Source: Eledone cirrhosa
Lineage: Eukaryota
Reading direction: 5' to 3'
Length of the DNA stretch: 64,000 bases
Assembly: GCA_964016885.1 (NCBI GenBank)
Contig: OZ024741.1
Coordinates: forward strand, 381,548,001 to 381,612,000
The notes under the pieces were generated by a model. The model did not search any database, was not told the origin of the DNA, and saw only the letters and a program-made list of their open reading frames with translations. Each line of letters begins with the position of its first letter. Position 1 is the stretch's first letter. Below, piece by piece: positions 54,289-64,000 of the stretch. The translations under genes were made by a program, and so were the position numbers.

Positions 54289-54869
54289 AAGCACATATGG
54301 CAAATAACGATATGTTTAGGATGTTTCTGATTTCATCGGAGTGTACAGTATGGACATCAATTAGAAAGGGACATGGCGTATTTAGTACAACTCATAGAGT
54401 TTATTGGATATCCGTGTGTTCCGACTCCAAATATTTCGACGCCAAATATTCTAGTTGATTCAATGAAGGGAATAACCTGCTCGAAGATTAGCCTGCAACT
54501 GTGGCTGAGCATTTAAGAGATCCGTGTAGATCCATTTAAGAGATCTCACGTAGCCATTTAGTGTAATACACTAGAGTATGAAAGAGAGATAATAATCAGC
54601 AAATTTAGATTGAAACAACACTTGACATTTACAAAAAATTTAACACTGGCAATGTTCATTTAGTTTTGTAATACACAAAGAAACGTTTGTGATAAATTTA
54701 AAGAAATTTCATAAAGCAAATTATTAAAAATAATGGAAGTGAATGAAAATGAAAATATGTGAATGTGAATGTTCTTTGAAGTTTTGAAAGCATAAAGCAT
54801 CTTCGAAATGGTATATATAATTCCATTAATAGATTGCGTAGGTGGGAGATTGGGGAATTACTCTACGTA

Positions 54870-55153
54870 AAGCCACTACTTCTCCGAATTGAGAGATCAA
54901 AACATGTGGTTAGAATACCCCAGGAAATAATCGCTGGACAGATCTTACGAGCAAAGCCAACAAGCAAGAGACCCAGGCAAGATTGTTGGATAACACCCAC
55001 GAGGTAAGCTGGTCTAGATTGGAGATCCAGCCGGATCAGTTGAAATCGGTTGTTTCTAACAGGATCTGTTGGAAGGAGAGTTTCAGGTCTCCGCCCCCAC
55101 AACCCTCCAGCGATAGGTGGGAGAAGAAGAAGAAGAAGAAGAAGAAGAAGAAG

Positions 55154-55183
<30 letters not shown>
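54870..55183 (+). mobile_element. Decayed 3' end of RTE-type LINE with (GAA)n tail
   Basis: IAGQILRAKPTSKRPR..W and WSRLEIQPDQLKSVVSNRICW..PPQPS, followed by about 20 GAA units. Confidence 0.6.
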
Positions 55184-55184
<1 letters not shown>

Positions 55185-55596
55185 GTATTTCCTGTTTATA
55201 CTTCCGTCCATTTCTATTAACTTAGTATATACGAGTTCTTCTCATAGGAGTCTATATATAAAGTTATACACCCATTTTTCTTTATATTTCAAATCCATGA
55301 ATGGGAGAATGCAGATTAGTTTGTATTAGAGTTAAAACGATATTTCGTATAGCAATATTTCTATACAGTGATGTCCGTATTAAAGTGTCTGCGCAGATAT
55401 ATAGAACTGCTTTGATTCAACTATGCCTAAAATTCAAATGTCTGAAAATATAGTGTGGCATATACATATATACATATTGTGTATATAATATATATATATA
55501 TATATATATGCAAAAGTTCTATTTAAAATTGTTGGGATACAACAAGTAAATATTTTTATAACTGATATAAAGCACTCGACAAGTATTTGGAGTAGA

Positions 55597-55735
55597 TATA
55601 CGATATTAATAAATGGAAACTATATTTATAAAACCATATTTATTTCATTATACATATTTCAGGGATACTGAAATATGTATAATGAAATAAATATGGTTTT
55701 ATAAATATAGTTTCCATTTATTAATATCGTATATA
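55597..55735. repeat. Perfect hairpin, arms ~65 bp, built from the 3' end of the 6.97 kb HHR family
   Basis: The arms match 7010-7075 (gaaatatgtataat.aaata.atatggttttataaatatagtttccattt.ttaatatcgtata); the loop is ggata. Confidence 0.9.
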
Positions 55736-55801
55736 TATATATATATATATATACAAGAAGTGTAAAAGTAGGGTAAAATTAGCTTCGTTTCTTCATATTC
55801 G

Positions 55802-55858
55802 CTGCTATATATATTTCAGTGATAGCCGTTATTCAACAGCTATGACCTCATCGGGCAG
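55802..55858 (-). ncRNA. Minimal hammerhead motif (CCGATGA core)
   Basis: Minus strand: ctgc-CCGATGA-ggtcatagctgtt gaat aacggctatcact-GAAA-tatata-TA-gcag. Related to 6709-6763. Confidence 0.7.
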
Positions 55859-56666
55859 TAATAACTTGAACAAAACAGAAAAAAAAACAGGAACACATAA
55901 TGCTGTAATAGATTTTACCTTGTTAATCCATTGATATACCCAGATCAAGAATGTGGTGTTAGTCCCCTAAGTGACTGAAAGCATAAGATTGAGAATGAAC
56001 GAATTCCAGCGTCCGAAGGACATGCTCCCAACTCTATGGTCAGATATCATATCACCTCCCCAGCCGAGAGCCTATTGAAATTCTGTCAGCTCTCCTAGAA
56101 ACAGGTTGGCCTGCTAGAGTTACTTATAAATGCATATATATTCTGGTCCACTTGACCTACTTCACTGCAATGGTAGTTGTAGTGGTGTGAGCAAGTCAGT
56201 TAGCTGATCAATTACAATCACCCTGGTGTGGCGGTATTCAGGGTGTCATGGAATAATTTACGTAGGTAAATTGATATGGGTTCCTCTGGCGGAGATAGTG
56301 CTTCTCCATATCGCTATGTCTGATAGTAGGAGATGCTATAAATATGCGCGTTAAATCAAATATATATATATATAGTATATTATATATGTGCGTGCATGCA
56401 ACGCATATACTGCATGCGTTATAGAATCGTCAGTTGATCAATTGCGTCCGTCGAACAAGCAGAAATTTGGTTGCTTACTGAATCATAGACACATAACAAA
56501 ATAACACACACACATTAGATAACACTACATGCGGCTTTGACAGGGAGGGTCATTTAGAGGGAATCGGGGGGGGGGGGCTAAGACTGCACAGCCCCACTTT
56601 CTGCCATGGCGATTGGACTGCATGCCCTGCTTTCCAGGTTACACTTCGCCACTGATATATATATAC

Positions 56667-56718
<52 letters not shown>

Positions 56719-56863
56719 ATAATAATACATTTGAAGACTAAAACCTAAAGAGGGCTCGATAAGGATAATAATATATCAAATATATAAGAACCGTAGAGCA
56801 AATATTTATTAAAATAACAGATTAAAGTTTATTTATAATTTAATAAATATTTTTATAAATATA

Positions 56864-56926
<63 letters not shown>

Positions 56927-57152
56927 CGTAAAATAAGAACATTTAAAAAAAAAAATTTTAAAAAATTAATTACTTACTAAAATTTTGTGTCACGTGATTG
57001 ATTCTTTAGAATCGGCCATTTGACCAGTGGCAGCGAGATTTTCAGTACTTGTAATCCAGTCCCCGATAGCTGTTCCATTTACCGAATAATTATTATTTTT
57101 ATATGAGTCCCCAGTGTCCGCGCATTGCCTGGAGACTTGGCTGAGAATGGAC

Positions 57153-57231
57153 CTCCCTGATGACGCAATGACATTCTCAACAGTTCATTACGTAACTGTC
57201 TTTATCCCTTGCAGAAACTAATTAGTTGGAG
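57153..57231 (+). ncRNA. Type I hammerhead motif, unit 1
   Basis: ctcc-CTGATGA-cgcaa..ttgca-GAAA-ctaattag-TT-ggag. Confidence 0.78.
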
Positions 57232-57697
57232 TGAACATTTTAGTAAGTTAATTTAAATTTTTTTTTTTTTTTTTAATTTTCTTATTTTACGTCTTTTATA
57301 TTATTGTTCTGCATCCTCCTGCATTGAACCACCTAGGTACTATGACATAACCTGTGTATTTTCTGGCATTAGCGTACATCTGTGCGCTTATGTTAGTAGA
57401 TATATTAAATTATCTATATTTATCTCCAAATCACTGATTTGTCGAGCAAACCTGCCAAAACCACTACTAAATTTTTGGTGTGTTAGTAGGCGTCTGTCAT
57501 CTTACCATCCCACTCCTACCGACTAGCCTAAGTGTCACGTGATTGATTCTTTAGAATCGGCCATTTGACCAGTGGCAGCGAGATTTTCAGTACTTGGAAT
57601 CCAGTCCCCGATAGCTGTTCCATTTACCGAATAATTATTATTTTTATATGAGTCCCCAGTGTCCGCGCATTGCCTGGAGACTTGGCTGAGAATGGAC

Positions 57698-57777
57698 CTC
57701 CCTGATGACGCAATGACATTCTCAACAGTTCATTACGTAACTGTCTTTATCCCATTGCAGAAACTAATTAGTTGGAG
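57698..57777 (+). ncRNA. Type I hammerhead motif, unit 2
   Basis: ctcc-CTGATGA-cgcaatg..cattgca-GAAA-ctaattag-TT-ggag; palindromic stem III actaattagt. Confidence 0.8.
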
Positions 57778-58058
57778 TGAACATTTTAGTAAGTTAATTT
57801 AAAAAAAATGTTTTTTTTTTTATTTTCTTATTTTACGTCTTTTATATTATTGTTCTGCATCCTCCTGCATTGAACCACCTAGGTACTATGACATAACCTG
57901 TGTATTTGCTGGCATTAGCGTACATCTGTGCGCTTATGTTAGTAGATATATTAAATTATCTCTCTCTCTCTATATATATATATATAAATATATATATATG
58001 TATAAACGTTTGTATATGTATGATAAAACTAAAACAATGCACGTTTGAGAACTTTACT

Positions 58059-58095
58059 TCCTCTGAAGAAGAGATATTATCTCGAAAATTAAGGA
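58059..58095 (+). ncRNA. Minimal hammerhead motif in solo 3' end (58040-58257) of the 16-17.6 kb PLE family
   Basis: tcct-CTGAAGA-agagata t tatctc-GAAA-at-TA-agga. Confidence 0.75.
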
Positions 58096-58259
58096 CATTT
58101 AAATAAATCTAAGGTAAAAGACTAATTATTAACAATATCTTTTGCATTTGCATTCTTTTTTCTATGTCCATACCTGCATTGATTTGGCTTCATCATACAT
58201 ATACAAACGTTTATACCTCATTACACAATGCTTCAAGTGAACTATAAGCTCCTCCTATA

Positions 58260-58441
<182 letters not shown>

Positions 58442-58702
58442 ATAATATTTATTAAATTATAAATAAACTTTAATCTGTTATTTTGTTATTTTAGTAAATA
58501 TTTGCTCTACGGTTCTTATATATTTGATATATTATTATCCTTATCGAGCCCTCTTGGGCTCGATAAGGATACTAAAAAATAAAGTACCAGTAATACCAGG
58601 ATACTAAAAAATAAAGTACCAGTAATACACTGGATAATTGTCTTAACCCCCCGATTCCCTCTAAATGACCCTCCCTGCAAAAGCTGCATGTAGTGTTATC
58701 TA

Positions 58703-58756
<54 letters not shown>

Positions 58757-58831
58757 GTTATGGTCTATGATTTATTATTTTTACTATATATTTATATATA
58801 TTTATATTTATATATTTTTATATATTATTAT

Positions 58832-58899
<68 letters not shown>

Positions 58900-58926
58900 T
58901 ATATATATATATATATATATATACAT

Positions 58927-58960
<34 letters not shown>

Positions 58961-58986
58961 GTTTTAATATAGATGAGATTCTACAG

Positions 58987-59025
58987 GACTAGAACTGTTT
59001 CATTCTTTAGAAATCATCAGGAATC
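58987..59025 (-). ncRNA. Hammerhead-like motif, imperfect
   Basis: Minus strand: gattc-CTGATGA-tttctaaagaat-GAAA-cagt-TC-tagtc. A related, split copy is at 25955-26018. Confidence 0.45.
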
Positions 59026-59602
59026 TGGGTATCAAAAAATAAATATGGTATTTATAGGTCTCTACAAGTGGTAGGAGAGGGTGGGGAGTGGGATGGGTGT
59101 AGGTCATTGGTTGATAGAAAAGGGAATTCATTAAAAGCTAATTCTACACAGCTATAGTTTATTTTTATTATTATTAATTTTTGTTTTTTGACTAACAAAG
59201 GCAGACAGAATTCTATAAACAGGTTCCGGATGGCATACCATTCCTTGTCATTAAGTTTCTCTTAAGCTAACAGATGTCTATAAGATCAGTGGGGGGTCAG
59301 TCATGGTAGATAGAATTAAAGGAAAGGGAGATTCTTTAAAAGCTAAAGTCATTTAAGTGACAAAGGTTTAGAGAATTCTGTAGACAGATTCAAAATACTG
59401 AGTGCATATCTTACAATTATCTTCGAACTTCTCTTAAACTAATCAACTATATGCCAAAAGTCAACAGACACATTCACAAAAAAACATACTCACTCACACA
59501 CTCGCGCGCCACCATAAACACACATACACATACACATATACACACATAAAAACACACACACATATATAAATATATCTTTTTACACACATATATACACACA
59601 CA

Positions 59603-59664
<62 letters not shown>

Positions 59665-59781
59665 TACATATATACACACACACACAGACACACTCATATA
59701 TACACATATAAATACACTCACACACATACATACATACACACAAATATACATGTGTATACATATACATATATATACACATAG

Positions 59782-59836
<55 letters not shown>

Positions 59837-59892
59837 ACATATATATACACACACACATATACATATATATACATATACACACATACACACAA

Positions 59893-59928
<36 letters not shown>

Positions 59929-60027
59929 AAACAAATATATACATATACATACACACACACACACACACATACATATATATAGATACACACACACACACGC
60001 ATATACACATATATAAGGAAAAAGCAC

Positions 60028-60099
<72 letters not shown>

Positions 60100-60158
60100 C
60101 ACACACATACATACATACATACACAAATACATACACATATATACACACATATATACGT

Positions 60159-60239
<81 letters not shown>

Positions 60240-60264
60240 CATACATATATACAAATATACATAT

Positions 60265-61243
60265 AGAAGGCTGTGAGTTCTTTTCTGAACCTGTCGCGAG
60301 CGAGTGGGCCGCATTTTATCATGGTCAAAAGACCGTCATCACGGTACAAACCACCGCCAACGTTTGGGAATTCTGTCTTGGTAGAAAAAGAAGGAAAAGG
60401 CCAATAAGATCGGTAACATCCGCAGAATCGCTGGTGCCCATACTCACAACGAATGGGGTACTATTAGATTTTTTAATCCAAATAAAGTCGTCTAAATTAT
60501 TCACCGACTTACGGGCATCGAGGGTGACAACTACTTCGAAATTCTTAACCACCGTGAGCATTTTAGCGAAATTCATAGCTCTAAGAAGAAGTGGTAAAGT
60601 GATGGAGGAGTAGTCATTATTGATGTCGAATTGGGTAAAACGGCAATGTTCCTTTTGCATATGCCGTTCAACAAATCAATCACCGCGAAAGAATTGTTCC
60701 ACAGTGTAATAGGGGCCAAGCTTCTAATTTCAGGTATAAGTCTATCTAAAATTCTTTTACTAAGTCTACCTAAATCGGACTTCGTAGGGTTAATAAGCCG
60801 AATCGAAGGGGTTGTCCGGGAAATTGGATTTGTGATCCTTCAGGGTGAAGTGGGGAGAAAATAGGATCCAGAGGTTCAGTCCGGTCCATGGTGTTGAGAT
60901 CAGAGGTGATTTTAAACCCAGCATCGTTGATGTCATTAATGACACTCCGATTAGTTTTACGGTAACCCTTAGTTGCAGCATTATGTAGCAATTGATGGTA
61001 AGTACAGCGCTCCACTTGATATAGATTGCCAATTTTGTCGGAATGGACGTACACGGCATTAAAATCCTTAATAGAACGAATTCTATTATTCAGGTGCTGC
61101 TGGAAGGAATTGCTCCTATTCCGAAATTTGATATTTCGTATGAGTTCCAAAACATCATTTTCGAAGGAGAACAATGCTGTGTTACTCGGTGGGTTATTGT
61201 AGGTTTTAAACCCAAATTTATCTTGTTCATTGTCCGCTTTTCC
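60265..61243 (-). pseudogene. Diverged 5' RT portion of the 37-39 kb PLE family
   Basis: FENDVLELIRNIKFRNRSNSFQQ.., [20 protein letters not shown].., [12 protein letters not shown] and [17 protein letters not shown], with frameshifts. Confidence 0.92.
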
Positions 61244-61379
61244 TAAAAAATTGTCCCTCTTGGTTTTGGTTCAACCAAGCTTGCGCTTTTATTTTTTTGA
61301 AGTCGCCATCTTACTTGCTCGGTGCTATATTTTTTTTTACTTAAGTTATTCATGGTACTACCACGTGTGCCATAGTTGA

Positions 61380-63574
61380 AAAAGAAACCACGAAGGAATT
61401 CTCGCTCACCGTCTACGGAGTTAATCATGAACAATTTTTCTTTACTGGCTTCTCTGGGGATGCCAAATTGTGATTTCCTCAACTGGACTCGTATTTTGCT
61501 GCCCACGGCGTTCAAGCGGCACAAAAGAGATTACTCGTGCTTATCAGTGGAATTCCTGCTTCGTTGGCAACCTCAGTTAGAGACATAATTACAGATCGTC
61601 CACAAGGCACATCTTACGAAACCCTAAAGGCAGAAGTGCTCAGACGGAACAGACGCTCGTCTGAGAGTAGATATCGTTCCTTGTTGGAAGAGGAAAACCT
61701 CGTTGACAGAACTCCGACTAATTTTTACGGCGTATCCTTGAACTAAGCGACTCTACCGTAGAGGACAATTCCTTCGTAAAACAGCTATTCTTCTCCCGTT
61801 AGTCAACAAATGTGCAGACCATATTGGCGAATATGGTCGCACAAATTCTTTGGAACAGATTGCGGCCTCGGCGGACCGCATTATGGAATTTTCTCGAGAG
61901 CCTACTTCGGCAGATTCAGTTGTCGCGTCTTCTGCTTTTAAAACCCAGCCTGCTTCATCTCTTGAGAGCCATTGACGCGTTAAAACGTCAAGTAGCTAAA
62001 CTGTGTCGGGATCGAGCGCCATCTAGGTAGCGTTCACGAAGTTGGTCTCCTTCTTGTCATCGTCATGCCAACTTCCCCGCCAACAACTCGTCTTTGTGTT
62101 GGTATCACGTGCGTTTTCGTGAAAAGGCGAAACATTGTATTCAGCCCTGCTCTTTCGGGGCCTCGGAAAATTAAAATTGGAGAGTCTGGGCACGGCAGAG
62201 CTCTCCCTAAATAATTCACCTTATCGGGCTTTCTTCATCAGAGATCGAGTCTCAAATAGGTCATTTATGGTGGACACAGGGTCTAGTTGCAGTATTGGGT
62301 CTTTACGGTTCAGCTCTACTAAGCCAATTTTTTCCGGCATTTCTTTATATGCAGTGAACCAGGCTCGGATCAAAACCTATGGTCAAATGTCTTTATTGTT
62401 GGACATAGTTTTGCGTCGAGATTTTAAATGGATTTTCGTCATTGCGGACCTACCTGTTCCTATTCTCGGTGCCGATTTTTTACACCTTTATTCAATTTTG
62501 GTAGATGTCAGGAGACAGAAATTTGTGCATGGTACCACATCTTTATCTACGCCTGCTCGTAGGTCTACTGCCAGTCCCTCATTTTTTATAGCTGCCTCTG
62601 GAAACCAATTTCATTCACTTTTTGCCTCGTTTCCCGAGTTAACGGACATCTCATTTAAACCTAATCAGGTAGTCCACTCGACTCGACACTTTATTATTTT
62701 CGTGTGCTTTCGCACACACCAAAACATTTCACAGTGGCTGTCAATGGTCGAAAAGAGACAATATACATTGACAGAGGAAAGAGAGTCTTCTGTGAAAGTC
62801 TCATTACAATACCTGATACACATCCTACATTCACTCCCACACCAACACCTTCACCTCAACCGCAAACACCACATACCACACAACCTTATGTCACACGAGG
62901 TTGCAGTACAGTAAAATGGCCACGTAAATTGTCAAAAACTATATACATTTAACCCCTAGTGGCATTAACAAAACTCTTTTCAGTTTCAGATAGAATTAGT
63001 GACAGAACACTATTTGATTCTGAATAAAATTTGAACTTACCAATGAGCATTAATTTTCCTCTGCTCCCTTATGTTAACTTTCAGTTATCAGTTTTGTTAC
63101 ATTTACATTTTTTCCTGTATCATCCTCGTGCAGCAAACACATTTTTTCTTTGTAAAATGCATTCACTTGTTTTGTGCTTTTTTGCTATTTGCTTCGGTTG
63201 CGAGCTTATTTTTTATTCATGCACTTTCTTGTACCTTTGCTTTGCTCCTCTTTCTTGCAGGTTCTCTCTACAATGATCTTAGGTTGGTTATCTCGACTTC
63301 TCGTCTGAGAGTGGAGTCTTGTAGCGTTCTCTAGACAAAGGGAAGTAGTTAGAGTTACTTCCCGTAGAATTTCTAGAATATTCCTTGAATTTCCGTTTCG
63401 GGTATTATAAAAGAAAGAGCAAAGGGCAATCTCCCTCTTTTGCCAGCAGGCTCACGAACTGACTAAACCAAGCACAGCTGTGTTAAGTTTTTCTAATCCT
63501 ATCTTGTATTTCAGGATTACACCATATCATGTCACGAGGTACGTTTTGTTACCAAATTGTATACAGGCACTACA
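61380..63574 (+). mobile_element. Ty3/Gypsy LTR retrotransposon, decayed and internally deleted
   Basis: gag (SLATSVRDII..YETLKAEVL; CWYH..F..KA..C..PC), protease (FMVDTGSSCS; ILGADFL), then a direct jump to the integrase tail (KHFTVAVNGRKETIYIDR; YVTR..VKWP). Confidence 0.88.
63320..63574 (+). repeat. Putative 3' LTR of the Gypsy element
   Basis: The purine-rich tract gagagtggag precedes TGTAGcg. There is an internal TATAAAA at ~63405, and the segment ends caCTACA (TGTAG/CTACA inverted termini). No 5' LTR is available for confirmation. Confidence 0.55.
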
Positions 63575-64000
63575 ATAAATACAAGTTGTTATTGATATTC
63601 GTTTTGAGATATTTGTCATGCTTCAATTATTACTTCGAATATAGAGAGATCATTCTAACCAAATTAAATTAGTGGTTGGCATGCAGTAGTACTTACTGGA
63701 GTAAATAACCCTATGACCAATTCACTAAAACTTGAAGAGATGCGAAAGTAGGCATTGAGTACTTCCGTTTTGACTTCTCTTTTAATAATATCTAAGTTTA
63801 TATCTTCATAATTTGTATGACAGTCGAGAAATCTAGATTCAACTTACAAACAATTTTTATTGTATATGTATATTATTTGACTCGGGTGATAATGTCTTAT
63901 TATTTCCCTTGATCAAGGGTGTTGGATTGAGAGTACAGGTAGAGTATCGGACAGAATGCTTTGTGGAACGTATTTATGGCTCTTTACGATCTAAGTTAAT

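Larger units (their letters stand above)
56987..57961 (+). repeat. Tandem direct repeat, period 545 bp (1.8 units), each copy with an HHR
   Basis: 56987-57415 is nearly identical to 57532-57961, with a 116-bp unique spacer. An inverted piece (56922-56985) of the unit's 3' part precedes the array. Confidence 0.93.

Overview
AT-rich, microsatellite-dense animal DNA made almost entirely of transposable-element relics. The SINE types and (TA)n/(CA)n load suggest a cephalopod such as Octopus (inference). No intact host gene is recognisable. Main contents: a decayed Tx1/L1-clade LINE (1-5.3 kb); several Penelope-like elements (PLEs; RT + GIY-YIG), including a near full-length copy with one frameshift at 36.85-40.16 kb preceded by a ~2 kb inverted copy of its own 3' half; tRNA-derived SINEs of two superfamilies; two RTE-type LINE tails; Helitron/Helentron relics; and an internally deleted Gypsy element at the right end. 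The strongest unannotated signal is about 20 type I hammerhead-ribozyme (HHR) motifs, parsed by eye, from roughly ten unrelated sequence families. Most lie within about 250 bp of a (TA)n tract, in PLE 3' ends, non-coding fold-back elements, or a 545-bp tandem retrozyme-like unit. They include unusual cores (UUGAAAA with U3-A8 covariation, CCGANGA, CAGAAGA). Folds, identities and family names were not computed and need confirmation.
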